Shown: positions 37,701 to 48,509, counted from the first letter of the stretch. The stretch: 64,000 bases of DNA from Deltaproteobacteria bacterium (GCA_033763315.1 JANRKS010000035.1:64001-128000); one strand, 5' to 3'. Notes: a model not told the origin generated them from the sequence alone. Translations and numbers: made by a program.

Positions 37701-38514
37701 CACCACCGCCCGAGTTGTGACACACGCCACCGCCACCACCATTGGCCACGTTTGTGCGGCCGCCGGCGGTGGTGTTGAAGGCACTTGGCACGAGGCCCTC
37801 GCCTTTCGCAGAGTAGCCATTGGCAGGAGTGTTATCGTTTGGCAACCCCATGGTCGCGGCATTGCAGTTGTTGAGAGCCCCGTGGTTCACCAACACGCCA
37901 CCGCGGAAGCCAGCGGCATTCGCCGAGATGACACCATCGTTCGTCACACCACCGTTGGCGAAGAAAGCCACCACGCCACCTTTGATTCCGTCCCAAAGTT
38001 GCCCGGGCACGATCGAGCCCGTTGCCGATACTGTGACGGTCGTGTACTCAGGCACGCGGATCACTTGTGAGGTGCCGGCCGCGTATGCTTTGACCGTCGG
38101 CAATGTGAGCTCCAAAGTGCCGGTCATCACGTTCACACTTTCCACACGCGCAAACTCGTAGTGGCCGACCGATGTGGTGGCCAAATCCAAGGTGGCTTGT
38201 GAGCCGCGCGGGGCATCCGTGGTCGTAAGACCAGTGGTCTGCCACAAGAGCACTAGGTTCCCTGCAGAAAAGCCCGCCACTGAATCCACCGTTATCGACG
38301 TCACGCCAGCGGCGGCAGTCGCACTGACCGCCGCATAGATATTGATCGTTGTGTCGGCCGTGGTGACACTCAACGCACCGTCGCGACCGGTCCCTAAGCC
38401 AAACGAATCGGCTTCGGCGCGAGCCATCCCTGTCGTCCCGAGTGTGAACGCAGCACTGAGAATCAGCAGTTGGACGAGTTTGAGCGCGTTGTTGCCAAGG
38501 CTGTGCTTTTTCAT
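34765..38514 (-). CDS. AgmC-like cell-surface protein with long Cys-rich repeats and MYXO-CTERM sorting signal
   Basis: signal peptide then EADSFGLGTGRDGAL..SQVIRVPEYTTVT..WDGIKGGVVAF (AgmC-type N-terminus); Gly-rich region; many CxxxxxC repeats; GGGGCAC..WMWLMLIGLVWRRRTRK. Confidence 0.8.
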   Translation of the reverse strand: MKKHSLGNNALKLVQLLILSAAFTLGTTGMARAEADSFGLGTGRDGALSVTTADTTINIYAAVSATAAAGVTSITVDSVAGFSAGNLVLLWQTTGLTTTDAPRGSQATLDLATTSVGHYEFARVESVNVMTGTLELTLPTVKAYAAGTSQVIRVPEYTTVTVSATGSIVPGQLWDGIKGGVVAFFANGGVTNDGVISANAAGFRGGVLVNHGALNNCNAATMGLPNDNTPANGYSAKGEGLVPSAFNTTAGGRTNVANGGGGGVCHNSGGGGGAHAGRGGGGGRTWAGDGGGRDLGGYGGAALAYDPTLAFAFGGGGGAGDQNNSVGSPGGVGGGVVLIRAATLGGAGFVRANGAKPLRNNGPTANDAAGGGGAGGALIIRVAGALACGGLEANGGGGGDVQYGTTAASDAHGTGGGGGGGRIYIESGAAACPASAKAGLAGVWNGTNAWGATPTSVDDVTSTGVVTIVGAAFAGVSCSAANLAAGLCGGCVASTECPGGAASVCNLNGNTCGACSASFGGGAGACPLSGAPVCVSGGPNAGACGECNSDADCGANINGPICDTEKSRCGVCSASQSASCTGTTAFCDTSVTHNVCAGCNGDAGAAGTRLCTNAAPACETSGSNAGLCVECRSNGHCAGNANGAVCDFGKRLCGACTASEFAACTGASPSCDTRGARNICAACDGNFSSGAPLSCPLSATPFCAASGSSLAGECLQCLSSSDCGGSTPICNAGLGVCVACNGDFGSGANLACGMASPFCAPSGCSSVCVADAQCGSGNWCNSGACQPKVPNGQAVPGGVCDGAVAARACATGVCAVADGLCGLPTGNSTCTASPQCRVGVCVSNGANAGTCLDCNTDSDCSGATPACSGTSNLCVTCTSNNKQACGGLTPVCDVGAAVCVACNGDDGSGATHVCSSSTPFCKGDGSCGACTGNSDCSVGNHSGTICNSTSGACGSACSVDANCSASEYCDNPAGSGFQGSCTPKLANDIAYPASQPFGGMCMASTAGRVCISGACDEADDKCGLPNGQPCASAVVCRTAVCGDGGLCGLPNGQACMNATVCRAGVCFADGVCGTPNGQACAGNGQCRGNVCASDKICGLPNGESCVADNECRTNKCFADGRCGIPAGEACTATDLCRQGACTNGQCVVPIVGDAGVGDGGLDAGGLEDGGALADGGPGSDADAQTLLDSGAGGNGEVDADPRDQTLRVGGGGCACDVSHANGKADVPGSWMWLMLIGLVWRRRTRKRPR

Positions 38515-38515
38515 T

Positions 38516-40249
38516 TTATGGTTCCTCGTTCGACTCGATGACAAATTCAACCCTGCGGTTGGCAGCGCGTCCCTTTGACGTCGCGTTCGTTTCGATCGGA
38601 CGCGATTCGCCATAGCCTTGTGCCGATAGGCGTGCTTCGCTGACGCCGGCTTTGACGAGGAAGGCGCGCACGGATTCGGCACGCGCTTGCGACAGGCGCA
38701 TATTCTTCTCGTCGTTTCCCTGCGAATCGGTGTGCCCTTCAACGCGAACCTTGCGTACCTCGGGGTGCTCTAACAGGACGCTGGCGATCTGCGACAGGAG
38801 CAAGAATGAACGCTTCTTGATCGTGGCCTTGCCCGTGTTGAAGTACACCATGTCCAAGATAACGAGCTTGTCTTTTGTGATGCGCACCAGCTGCCGGTTC
38901 TGCTTGGGGCAACCTTGGTTTTCCGCGGGACCGGGCTCATCAATACAGTTGTCGACGTCGTCCATGACGGTGTCGCCGTCTTTGTCTTTCGCGGGGCACC
39001 CCAAGCGTTCCTTCGGACCGGCTTCTTGGGGACATTGATCATCCGGATCAAGAACGCCGTCGTGGTCTTCATCGGGCGGCGGACAACCCGCGAAGGCCTT
39101 GTCGCCTGGCACCAGCGGGCACTTGTCGTCCCCATCCAAAACGGCGTCTTTGTCGTTATCGGGATCGACGCAGCCATCGTCGTCCTCGAACGCATCTTTG
39201 TCTTCGGGTACAAGGGGGCATTTGTCTAGGCGATTGATGATGGCATCGCCGTCGGCGTCGTTGTTGGGACAGCGGTCCACGGGCGCTGTCGGGCTCACGC
39301 ATGGGTCAACCAGCACAGGCGGTGGCGGTTCATCAGGTACAACCGCGGCTGGCTCCGCCGGCTTGAACGCGAGGCCCGCCAAGACGCGAAAGGCGGGACT
39401 GCCCACCGGTTGGCCAAAGCCCGGGCCGCCAAGCGCAAAGAGTTCCACATGCTGGCCCGCGGGCACCCGGATGCCAGCCAAAAGTTCCAGGGACTTGCCT
39501 TGTTCCTTGAGCCCCACAAGCCCGCGGCCTGCGAGCTCCAGGCGCACGTTGCCGGTGGTGGCCACGCCGGCCGCAAAGGTCAATTGCCGACCCGAAGCCG
39601 CGTCGGTGCCAATGGCAAACGTTTGCGAAGGCCGCAGCCACAAAGAGACATCGACGCCCAATTCAAACAGGCCCAGGTTCTTGCCTACCCCGACGGTGGC
39701 GCGCACATTGGTCTTGTCATCACGTGCCAGCAAGCGCTTGTTGCCAAGCGGCAGCCCGACGGCGACGCCCACCGCCAGGTCGAACGCATCGGACAAACGC
39801 TCGCTCATCAAAGCCAAACGCAAAGCCACCGAAGGCGAAGCCAGGCCGTTTTGTGCAGCCTTCGCGATGCCCAGGGCGGCAAGGTCGTCGCCATCCTGGC
39901 TCGCAATGTAGGGCAAAGAAAAGCCAAGTTCCAAACGATCTCCCAACGCCACCGCGCCCAGCACATGGGCGCTCGTGCGGTTGCCAACGAGGGAGCCAAC
40001 CTTGTCGTCGCCGCGGTAGAGCACCAGCGGATCCTTTTGGTATTGGCCGGCAAGGGCGAGCCGGAAGGCGCCTGGCGCAAGAATCTTGCCCCCACCCACC
40101 ACCAGCAGCCGTGAAGCGGCCGGCTCAAGCACGAGCTGCTCAAGGTCAAAGGTGGGCAAGGTTTGCGCAGCCGCCGCACCAGGCATGAGGCCGGCGAAGA
40201 GGCACCATAGGGCAAGGGTGCCCAGCCGCTTGTCGTGTTTATGACGCAT
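38516..40249 (-). CDS. OmpA-family outer-membrane protein with N-terminal beta-barrel and thrombospondin type 3 repeats (TraB-like)
   Basis: signal peptide; DADGDAI..DKCP, EDKDAFEDDDGC, DNDKDAV TSP3 repeats; VYFNTGKA, VEGHTDS, LSQARAESV, NRRVEF OmpA motifs. Confidence 0.9.
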   Translation of the reverse strand: MRHKHDKRLGTLALWCLFAGLMPGAAAAQTLPTFDLEQLVLEPAASRLLVVGGGKILAPGAFRLALAGQYQKDPLVLYRGDDKVGSLVGNRTSAHVLGAVALGDRLELGFSLPYIASQDGDDLAALGIAKAAQNGLASPSVALRLALMSERLSDAFDLAVGVAVGLPLGNKRLLARDDKTNVRATVGVGKNLGLFELGVDVSLWLRPSQTFAIGTDAASGRQLTFAAGVATTGNVRLELAGRGLVGLKEQGKSLELLAGIRVPAGQHVELFALGGPGFGQPVGSPAFRVLAGLAFKPAEPAAVVPDEPPPPVLVDPCVSPTAPVDRCPNNDADGDAIINRLDKCPLVPEDKDAFEDDDGCVDPDNDKDAVLDGDDKCPLVPGDKAFAGCPPPDEDHDGVLDPDDQCPQEAGPKERLGCPAKDKDGDTVMDDVDNCIDEPGPAENQGCPKQNRQLVRITKDKLVILDMVYFNTGKATIKKRSFLLLSQIASVLLEHPEVRKVRVEGHTDSQGNDEKNMRLSQARAESVRAFLVKAGVSEARLSAQGYGESRPIETNATSKGRAANRRVEFVIESNEEP

Positions 40250-40348
40250 GATCGCCATACCGAAATCGGCGTTCGCCGCCCAACCTTTAGGCACCGCGCC
40301 ACACGCGCCCTTGATGATCTTCAAAGGCCGCGAGGGCCCGCGCCAGAA

Positions 40349-41575
40349 TCACACGGATGCCGGGACAAACTCCACCAACGTGATCTCCGGAGGGCAGTTG
40401 ATCCGCACAGGCAGCCAGCCGCCCGCACCGGCGTTCACGTAGAGGCGACGTCCATGATGTTCGTAAAGGCCGTTGTGGTAAAAATCGACGGCCAACATGG
40501 GGGTGAGCGCGTAATCGCCGATCCGTCCCAGCTTGATCTGCCCACCGTGAGTGTGCCCCGACAACATCAGATCAATCGGCAGCTCACGCGCCTCCACAAA
40601 AGTGCGCGGGTGGTGGCTTAACACCACGCGGGGCGCGCCATCATCCTTCATATGCGCCAGCACCTGCCGCAGGCTCTCCTGCGTTGATCGTCCCTCCGGG
40701 CGCGCGCGGCCAGGTGGGTGGTCAATGCCCGCCATCCACAGCCGATCGCCGCCAATCACCACATCTTGCACATCGTCGATCAACACGTGCGCCCCCGTGG
40801 CACGCAGGCCTTTGACAACCGAAGCCACATCTGCGGTGCGTGCTGTGATGTACTCGTGGTTGCCCATGCACGCAAACACATCGGCGCGCGTGGGCCGCAG
40901 CGACTTCACAAAGCGTGTGGCAAGTTCCAATTGGCTGATGTCGTTGTCGAGCAGATCGCCTGTGATGACATGCAGATCCGCGCCAAGCGCATTCATCACG
41001 CGCGCCACCTCATCCAGCCTGGCCGCGTCCATGTAGCTACCGACGTGCACGTCACTGACCTGCGCAAGCTTGAGCCCGTGCAAGTTGGTGAGTTCACGCC
41101 GCACAGGCAGCCGCACGTGCGAAACCACCGGCGTTTGACGAGACGCCCAGGCGCCCGCCGCGCTTACGCTCACAGCGCTTGCCGGAATCAATAAGGCCGC
41201 CTGCGAGATAAGTCGGCGTCGATCGGGACGTAACGCAGGCCGGGCGGGGTGAGACTTCATCAGGCGAACACCGCGCATCACCAATCGCACCAAGGCAGCA
41301 AACAGCAACGTTATCAAAGATAACCACGCCGCAAATTGCAACGTCATGGCCACCATCAAAATAGAGGACGGGGACACGCGTCTTAACATCAACAACGCCG
41401 AGCGCCCACCGAAGGCAAGCGCCACTGCTGGATGAAAGACGAGCGCAAAAGCCAGGGGCGACAATAAGCGCAGCCGCTTCGCCCATTTGAGCAGAAGCGT
41501 GGCCACGTGCCTGTGGAAATACAGCCAGACCACCAGGTTTAACAGCACGATAACGATGCCAAGGCCGCGTGACAT
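40349..41575 (-). CDS. Membrane-associated metallophosphoesterase (YkuE-like)
   Basis: SDVHVG, ITGDLLD, MGNHE, LSHHP, SGHTHGGQ; N-terminal TM helices. Confidence 0.9.
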   Translation of the reverse strand: MSRGLGIVIVLLNLVVWLYFHRHVATLLLKWAKRLRLLSPLAFALVFHPAVALAFGGRSALLMLRRVSPSSILMVAMTLQFAAWLSLITLLFAALVRLVMRGVRLMKSHPARPALRPDRRRLISQAALLIPASAVSVSAAGAWASRQTPVVSHVRLPVRRELTNLHGLKLAQVSDVHVGSYMDAARLDEVARVMNALGADLHVITGDLLDNDISQLELATRFVKSLRPTRADVFACMGNHEYITARTADVASVVKGLRATGAHVLIDDVQDVVIGGDRLWMAGIDHPPGRARPEGRSTQESLRQVLAHMKDDGAPRVVLSHHPRTFVEARELPIDLMLSGHTHGGQIKLGRIGDYALTPMLAVDFYHNGLYEHHGRRLYVNAGAGGWLPVRINCPPEITLVEFVPASV

Positions 41576-41656
41576 ATCGCCCTAAGGTTAATCGGTTTTT
41601 ACCGCCCGCGCGGCCCACACCTGTATTCTCCTGCGCCATTCGCCCCAGGTCACGTC

Positions 41657-42763
41657 ATGCGCTTACGCAGCCAATTGTTAAAGTGTGTTGTTTCCACAGT
41701 TCTTGCGTTGTCACCGGCGGCGTCCGCGGCGCCCGCGCGCCCGGCCGTTACCAAACCACCGCCACCAACGCCCGATCCGCAGTTCATACCGCAACCGGCG
41801 ACCAGCACAGACGCGCCCTATAGCCCGCAGGCGCTTTATCCGGGAGGCGTGGTGATGCCGCTTTACCCCGCAGGTTCACCGCACCTGAACGCCGAACGCG
41901 TCCGCGAAGCCGAGCAGTACACCATGACGTCAGGCGTGTCCGGGCGTGTTCAACACATCGTGAACATCCATAATCCCAGCATCGAAATCCACCGCGCAGA
42001 GCCCGCCTTCAACACAGGTACCACGGTGATCGTCGCGGCCGGGGGCGGCCACAACATCTTGTTTGTGGGCACCGAGGCCACTGATCTGGTGCCCTATTTT
42101 TACGATCACGGCATCAACACGGTGATTCTGCGCAACCGTCTACGAAGCAGCGGGTACGATCCCAGCGTGGAAGGCGTCGACGACGCTTTGCAGGCCATCC
42201 GCCTCGTTCGAGCGCACGCAGACGCCTTTGAGTTTGATCCGGATCGCATCGGCATTGTTGGTTTCTCAGCCGGCGGTGAATTGGCGGCCGCCGCAGCCCT
42301 TCGTTACGGGTCACATGATCGCGAGGTCAAAACAGAGCCATTTGCGGCGGTATCTGCGCGGCCGGACTTTGTGGGCCTGTTCTATCCGGGCCCCACCCCT
42401 TTCGCCCGCGGTGGCACGCCAACGATTCCAAAGGACGTTGCCCCCTGCTTCATCGTCTGCGCGGGTTCTGGCGACCGCATCCACGCGTTGTGGGCGAACG
42501 AATTTTTTGCGGGCCTGCTTGGGGCGGGCGTCCCCAACCTCGAAATGCACATCTACGGCAACGGTGTGCACGGCAACGGCATAAAGGATCGCTGGGGCAC
42601 GCCGTTTGGAAGCTGGCCGGATCGCTTCATCGATTGGCTGCGCGACCTAGGGTTTCTTCAGAAACGAGGCTTGGCCACCAAAGCCGCACAGGACGTCGCC
42701 GCCTTCGTGGCTAAGCCGCCTAAGCCGCCGCGACAGAGCAAGTCAGACGCGCCAGCCCGCTGA
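41657..42763 (+). CDS. Secreted alpha/beta hydrolase (carbohydrate esterase-like)
   Basis: signal peptide, AAGGGH oxyanion motif, IVGFSAGG nucleophile elbow, EMHIYGNGVHG. Confidence 0.8.
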   Translation: MRLRSQLLKCVVSTVLALSPAASAAPARPAVTKPPPPTPDPQFIPQPATSTDAPYSPQALYPGGVVMPLYPAGSPHLNAERVREAEQYTMTSGVSGRVQHIVNIHNPSIEIHRAEPAFNTGTTVIVAAGGGHNILFVGTEATDLVPYFYDHGINTVILRNRLRSSGYDPSVEGVDDALQAIRLVRAHADAFEFDPDRIGIVGFSAGGELAAAAALRYGSHDREVKTEPFAAVSARPDFVGLFYPGPTPFARGGTPTIPKDVAPCFIVCAGSGDRIHALWANEFFAGLLGAGVPNLEMHIYGNGVHGNGIKDRWGTPFGSWPDRFIDWLRDLGFLQKRGLATKAAQDVAAFVAKPPKPPRQSKSDAPAR

Positions 42764-42925
42764 CGACGAAACGTGCGTCTCGGCACGGCCTACGAACGAA
42801 ATTTTGCCCGCCCAATCCACACACCCCGAGGTGGCACTCGTATAACGACGCAAGATTGCCTATTATGCTCGCCCTCACTAGCAATCAGTATTGATCAGCG
42901 TTTTCGACCCTTTTGTGGAGTTCTC

Positions 42926-44254
42926 ATGGCCAAGTCTTTGACCCCCTATTTCGACAAGATCCCGACCATCAAGTACGAGGGTCCCGACACCGACAATCCG
43001 TTGGCGTACCGCTACTTCGATGCGAAGGCGAAGATCCTCGGCAAGCCGATGAAGGATTGGATGCGCAACGCCGTTTGCTACTGGCACACGTTCCGCGGCG
43101 TGGCGCTCGACATCTTCGGGCCGGGCACGATCTTCCGCCCTTGGGAAGATGGCAGCAACTCACTTGATATGGCGCTCAAGCGCACCGACGTGGTGTTTGA
43201 TTTCGTCACCAAGCTCGGCGTTGAATACTACTGCTTTCACGACCGCGACGTAGCGCCCGAGGGCAACGACGTCAGCGAAACGAACAGCAACCTGTGGGCC
43301 GTGGCTGAAAAGCTCAAATCACTGCAGAAGGCCACAGGCGTGAAGCTGTTGTGGGGCACCGCCAATATGTTCAGCCACCCGCGCTTTGCCCAAGGCGCTT
43401 CCACCAGCCCCAACGCCGATGTGTTCGCTTATTGCGCGAACGCCGTGAAGGAGATGTTGGACGTCACGAAGTTCCTCGGCGGCGAGAACTATGTTTTTTG
43501 GGGTGGCCGCGAAGGCTACAACACGTTGCTGAACACAGACATGGCCCGCGAGGCGGACCACGCTGGTCGCTTCTTCCAAATGGCGGTGGACTACGCAAAG
43601 AAGATTGGCTTCAAAGGCCAATTCTTGATTGAGCCCAAAGCGTGTGAGCCCACCAAGCACCAATACGATTTCGACAGCGCCACAGTGCTCGCGTTCTTGC
43701 GCAAGTACGGCCTTGAGAAGCACTTCAAGCTCAACGTCGAACAGAACCACGCCACGCTGGCAGGCCATGACTTCTGTCACGAGCTGGCTGTATGCGCGGC
43801 CAACGGCGCGTTGGGCTCAATCGATTCCAACCGCGGCGACGTGATGAATGGGTGGGACACCGATCAATTCCCCAACGACTACCGCGAATGCGCGCAAGCC
43901 TGGACCATCATCCTCAAAAACAAAAACGGCTTGGGCTCGGGCGGCCTCAACTACGACGCGAAGGTGCGTCGCGACAGCCACGATGTGGAAGATATGTTCT
44001 TCGCACACATCTGCGGCATCGACACGTGGGCCCGCGGCCTGCGCATCGCCGAGAAGATCATCAAGGATGGCAAGATGGAAGCGTTCGTGGATGAACGCTA
44101 TTCCAGTTACGACAGCGGCATCGGCAAGACGATCGAACGCGGCACCGCCACGTTTGAATCGTTGCAAAAGTACATCATCAAGAAGGGCGAAGTGGCTCCC
44201 ACGCCGTCTGCCCGCCAAGAGTACTTGGAGAACCTGCTCAATAAGTATTGCTGA
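42926..44254 (+). CDS. xylA: Xylose isomerase (class II)
   Basis: [50 protein letters not shown]; GGAG RBS before ATG 42926. Confidence 0.97.
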   Translation: MAKSLTPYFDKIPTIKYEGPDTDNPLAYRYFDAKAKILGKPMKDWMRNAVCYWHTFRGVALDIFGPGTIFRPWEDGSNSLDMALKRTDVVFDFVTKLGVEYYCFHDRDVAPEGNDVSETNSNLWAVAEKLKSLQKATGVKLLWGTANMFSHPRFAQGASTSPNADVFAYCANAVKEMLDVTKFLGGENYVFWGGREGYNTLLNTDMAREADHAGRFFQMAVDYAKKIGFKGQFLIEPKACEPTKHQYDFDSATVLAFLRKYGLEKHFKLNVEQNHATLAGHDFCHELAVCAANGALGSIDSNRGDVMNGWDTDQFPNDYRECAQAWTIILKNKNGLGSGGLNYDAKVRRDSHDVEDMFFAHICGIDTWARGLRIAEKIIKDGKMEAFVDERYSSYDSGIGKTIERGTATFESLQKYIIKKGEVAPTPSARQEYLENLLNKYC

Positions 44255-44335
44255 GCACCCTCTACCCTCTGCACGGCTGACCGTGCCCCTTCACCACGTG
44301 AGGCGGGCACGGTTCGTTCGCCCACAGATGCCGGT

Positions 44336-44809
44336 TTAATCGTTGTGGGCCTTGAGCTGGCCGCGGACTTCACCCATCGGATTTGCGGCCGTGTGAGCGT
44401 TTACGTAAAGGGAGCCGGCCTTCAAATCTGCCAAAGCTGCCGGGTCCAAAGTCACCGTGCCAGTCGACGGGTCCGCCGAGGCAGGTACCACCAACGGCAG
44501 CACGACTGGCCCCGCGACGCCTGGGGCGCCCTTGTGGATGTGCGCAGCGGAGGCGGGCCCGGTCAGATCCGTCAAAGTCAAGGTGTACGTCATCACGCCT
44601 GTCTTCTCGTTCAGCTCGAAAGCGAAGATCCCTGAAGCTGTTGTGGTGCCGGTCGGCGGGGGAACTTCCACGCCGACGCTAAGGGGAGCGATCTCCTTAT
44701 AAGTCTCCGACGTCGTCTTGTCGTCGTCGCTACACGCCATGGTGAGCGTTGAGGCAAAGCCGCCAAAGACAAAGCAAGTAATGAGACGAGTGGACAAAGT
44801 GCGAGTCAT
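44336..44809 (-). CDS. CHRD-domain lipoprotein
   Basis: lipobox TMAC; EVPP..TTASG, AAHIHKG..GPVV, LYVNAHTAANPMGEVRGQL. Confidence 0.9.
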   Translation of the reverse strand: MTRTLSTRLITCFVFGGFASTLTMACSDDDKTTSETYKEIAPLSVGVEVPPPTGTTTASGIFAFELNEKTGVMTYTLTLTDLTGPASAAHIHKGAPGVAGPVVLPLVVPASADPSTGTVTLDPAALADLKAGSLYVNAHTAANPMGEVRGQLKAHND

Positions 44810-44821
44810 GCTCGTCCACCC

Positions 44822-44837
44822 TGCACGAGACGTACCG
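44822..44837 (-). promoter_or_regulatory. sigma54-type promoter of the CHRD gene
   Basis: minus strand CGGTACG-TCTC-GTGCA, 12 nt before ATG 44809. Confidence 0.45.
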
Positions 44838-44991
44838 CCCGTTTTGGTGAGGCCGAACCTACTTTCCGTCGGCGAATCCCAGGGCAACGTTACAACCGAC
44901 CCACGTCAGACGTTACCAACGTGGCGAATCGAACGGATGCATCGGAGCCACACCCTGCTCACGGAGCGGCCAAACAACGCTTGCAAAAACC

Positions 44992-46056
44992 TCAGAATGC
45001 CAGCCGCACGCCCGCCACCACGCCCAGCAGCCCACGATCGGGCATCACATTGAGGTGCGTGAACACGCGGATAAAGGCCAGGTTCGCTTGCACGCCCACG
45101 AGCGCACGCAGCTTGCCTGAGCTGGGGCTCACCGTTTCCGTGGCGGTGATCTTCGCCGTGCCCACATCCACTTTGTCTGCCACCTGGGGCGAGGTGCCAA
45201 TCAGGTTGCTGTTCAAGCTCATATCCAGCTTGTTCGTGCCGCCAAACTGCCAGTCGTAACCAAGGCCGCCGTAAAGCGACAGCAGGTAGAACAGGCGAAA
45301 GTTCGTTGTGACCTCCAAAGGCACCGACCACACGCGCATATCAGCGCGAAACACGCCCGAACTATCCGCCTCGATGGCGGGGCCCGCCTTGTCGCTGGTC
45401 AACAGGATCTTGTTGGTCAGGGTGTCGGTGAGATTCAACGACAAACGCCCATACTCAACCCCCGATGTCACATCGATGCCGCCCCACGAGAACGAGACGG
45501 AGCGGTTGCGCTCGTGCACGTTCTCAAACAGCTTAATTTGCCCGTGCAAACCAAAGTTTTCATTGGTACCGTCGAACTGCTTGTAAGCGCCGCTGGCGCG
45601 AAAGTAGTTGCCGTAAATTGTGATCGGCCGCAGCCCCGCCCAGTGCAGGTTGGTGCCAGCCATCACGGAGAAGTTGGCGCCGATGCCGTCGATGGGCGGC
45701 TTGCGGTTGTTGTCGGTGGAAACGTATTTTTCGTCGGCATTGACCGACACGTTGGCGGCGATGCCAACGATGAAGCTTTTGGGATTGGAGGCGTAGTCCG
45801 CGCCCAGGCCTTTGTGCGAAAACGCCTGTGCGTCGCCAAACGCCTGCACATACTCGCGCGCGCCCGAAGCGCGAAACAGCGCCTCGAGCTCCGTGCGTAG
45901 CGTGCTTTCGATCTGCGACAGTGGCACCCCGGACTGCGCCGCAAACTGCGCCCCAGGGCCGGGGTTCAGCTGCACGTCAATGGTTCCGGCGTGCGCCGCT
46001 GTCGCCACCGCTGCACTCGCAAGAACAAGGGCGGACCTCACTGTAAATTTCCACAT
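44992..46056 (-). CDS. Outer-membrane beta-barrel protein (possibly Lsa36-like surface protein family)
   Basis: signal peptide AxA, amphipathic beta strands, C-terminal GVRLAF; family name recalled from a DYASNP-type motif and uncertain. Confidence 0.65.
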   Translation of the reverse strand: MWKFTVRSALVLASAAVATAAHAGTIDVQLNPGPGAQFAAQSGVPLSQIESTLRTELEALFRASGAREYVQAFGDAQAFSHKGLGADYASNPKSFIVGIAANVSVNADEKYVSTDNNRKPPIDGIGANFSVMAGTNLHWAGLRPITIYGNYFRASGAYKQFDGTNENFGLHGQIKLFENVHERNRSVSFSWGGIDVTSGVEYGRLSLNLTDTLTNKILLTSDKAGPAIEADSSGVFRADMRVWSVPLEVTTNFRLFYLLSLYGGLGYDWQFGGTNKLDMSLNSNLIGTSPQVADKVDVGTAKITATETVSPSSGKLRALVGVQANLAFIRVFTHLNVMPDRGLLGVVAGVRLAF

Positions 46057-46088
46057 GAGCTCCGCCCTTTCCTTCTTGCGTGTTGTGG

Positions 46089-48509
46089 TTAAGCCGACGG
46101 TGGGCTTTGCGTGGTCTGTGCCGGCGTGATCGAGCTTGTCATCGATCCCACAAGCGTTGGCATTTCCGTCAAAGCCAACGGCAGCACTTCATCCATGCGC
46201 TTGACATAGATGATCTCGATCTCTTTGCGCAAATGCTCGGGGATGTCGATCACGTCTTTGCTGTTGCGCTCGGGCATGATCACGCGCTTGATACCTGCGC
46301 GGTGAGCGGCCAGGAACTTCTCCTTGATGCCGCCCACGGGCAGCACCAAACCACGCAACGTTATTTCGCCCGTCATCGCCACGTCGCTGCGGATGGGTTT
46401 GTTGGTCAACAGCGACGTCATCGCCGTGAACATCGTCACGCCGGCTGAAGGGCCATCTTTGGGGATGGCGCCCGCAGGCAAGTGCAGGTGGATGTCAGTC
46501 TTCTCCAGGAAGTTGTCTTCAAGGCCCAACCAACGTGAGTGCGAACGAATGAACGAAAGGGCTGCAGTGGCGGATTCTTTCATCACGTCACCCAATTGAC
46601 CGGTGAGCACCAAGTTGCCCTTGCCGTTCATGCGCGTGGCTTCGATGAACAAGATGTCGCCACCCACGGGGGTCCATGCAAGGCCCGTGGCCACGCCCGG
46701 TTCACTGGTGCGTTCTGCCACCTCCGGCACGTGCTTTTGCGGCCCCAAGAAATCGGGGATGCGCTCGACCGTAATCACTTCGTTTTCTTTGGCCTTGTCT
46801 TCCGCCACAAGCACCGCCACGCCGCGCACAACCGAAGCGATTTCGCGCTCCAAGTTGCGCACGCCCGCTTCACGTGTGTACGAATCGATGATCTCGGCAA
46901 CCGCCTTGTCTTCGAACTTGACGCGCTCCTCGGTGAGCCCGTGCTCCTCGAGCTGCTTCTTGATCACGAACTGCCGCGCGATGTTGGATTTCTCTTCGCG
47001 GGTGTAGCCGGGGATCTCAAGCACCTCAAGACGATCGCGCAAAGCGGCCGGGATGGGATCCAAGATGTTGGCCGTGGCCACGAACATCACCTTTGAAAGG
47101 TCGAACGGCACTTCAAGGTAGTGATCCGAAAACGAGAAATTCTGTTCAGGATCCAAAACCTCAAGCAAGGCGGCCGCGGGATCGCCGCGGAAGTCGTGCC
47201 CCAGCTTATCAAGCTCGTCCAACATGAAGATGGGGTTGTTTGACCCTGCCTTCTTTAGACCTTGGATGATACGGCCAGGCAGCGAACCCACGTAGGTGCG
47301 GCGGTGGCCCCGAATCTCGGCCTCGTCGCGCACGCCACCCAATGAAATGCGTACGAACTTGCGGCCCAGCGCGCGCGCAATCGACCGACCGAGCGAGGTC
47401 TTGCCCACGCCGGGAGGCCCGGCCAAGCACAAAATGGGGCCCTTCTTATCGGCCTTGAGTTTGCGCACGGCCAAGTACTCAAGGATGCGCTTTTTCACCT
47501 TTTCGAGGTCGTAGTGATCCTCGTTCAAGATGTCGCGCGCCATCGAAATGTCGAGTTTGTCTTCCGTGGACTTGGCCCAAGGAAGCTCCATCAACCACTC
47601 AAGATACGTGCGCGTGACAGTGTATTCGGCCGACGAAGGCTGCATCACCTTCAAGCGTTCCAGCTGCTTGATCGCGGTTTTCTCTGCGTCGGCAGGCATT
47701 TTGGCTTCAACGATCTTTTCGCGGAAGTCATCCAAATCGCCGCCTGACTCGTCGATCTCGCCCAGCTCTTCCTTGATGGCTTTGAGTTGTTGGCGCAGCA
47801 CGTATTCGCGTTGGTTGCGGCCCATCTCCTCTTGCACCTGGGTGTTGATCTTCTCGCGCACCTTCAACACTTCGTGCTGGCGCGTGAGGAATTGCAACAC
47901 GCGCTTGAGCCGCGCTTTGATATCGAAGATCTCAAGCACTTCTTGCTTCTCGTCCACCTGAACGTCGAGGTTAGACGTGATGAGGTCGGCCAACTGGCCC
48001 GGATCAGTGACGCTATCCACCAAGGCCGATGCCTCTTTAGGGAGTTCAGGCATCAGCTTGATCACGCGCTTTGCCACATCCTTGAGATTGGCCACCAGCG
48101 CGTCGAGTTCAACGTTCGAATCGGTGGGGTCGGGCACCGACTGCACGCGGGCCGTGATGTACGGCTCTTGCTCTTGAATCTCGAGCATGCGGATGCGGGA
48201 TACGCCCTGCAAAATGACGGAGAAATTATCCTTCGCCAGTTTGATCACCTTCAGGATGCGTGCCGCGCAGCCCACGGTGTAAAGATCGCCTGGATCGGGA
48301 TCTTCTGTGCGGGCGTCGCGTTGGGTGATGATGCCGATGACCGGCTTTTCCTTCGCGATGGATTCCTCGATAAGTTTTACCGAGCGCTTGCGGCCCACGT
48401 CGATGGGAATGATCGACCCAGGGAACAGCACGGCATTGCGCAGTGGCAAGATGGCCAACTGATCAGGAATCTCGACCGGGCCTTCTGGGACGTTCTTCTT
48501 TGTAGCCAT
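46089..48509 (-). CDS. lon: ATP-dependent Lon protease
   Basis: [40 protein letters not shown]. Confidence 0.98.
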   Translation of the reverse strand: MATKKNVPEGPVEIPDQLAILPLRNAVLFPGSIIPIDVGRKRSVKLIEESIAKEKPVIGIITQRDARTEDPDPGDLYTVGCAARILKVIKLAKDNFSVILQGVSRIRMLEIQEQEPYITARVQSVPDPTDSNVELDALVANLKDVAKRVIKLMPELPKEASALVDSVTDPGQLADLITSNLDVQVDEKQEVLEIFDIKARLKRVLQFLTRQHEVLKVREKINTQVQEEMGRNQREYVLRQQLKAIKEELGEIDESGGDLDDFREKIVEAKMPADAEKTAIKQLERLKVMQPSSAEYTVTRTYLEWLMELPWAKSTEDKLDISMARDILNEDHYDLEKVKKRILEYLAVRKLKADKKGPILCLAGPPGVGKTSLGRSIARALGRKFVRISLGGVRDEAEIRGHRRTYVGSLPGRIIQGLKKAGSNNPIFMLDELDKLGHDFRGDPAAALLEVLDPEQNFSFSDHYLEVPFDLSKVMFVATANILDPIPAALRDRLEVLEIPGYTREEKSNIARQFVIKKQLEEHGLTEERVKFEDKAVAEIIDSYTREAGVRNLEREIASVVRGVAVLVAEDKAKENEVITVERIPDFLGPQKHVPEVAERTSEPGVATGLAWTPVGGDILFIEATRMNGKGNLVLTGQLGDVMKESATAALSFIRSHSRWLGLEDNFLEKTDIHLHLPAGAIPKDGPSAGVTMFTAMTSLLTNKPIRSDVAMTGEITLRGLVLPVGGIKEKFLAAHRAGIKRVIMPERNSKDVIDIPEHLRKEIEIIYVKRMDEVLPLALTEMPTLVGSMTSSITPAQTTQSPPSA

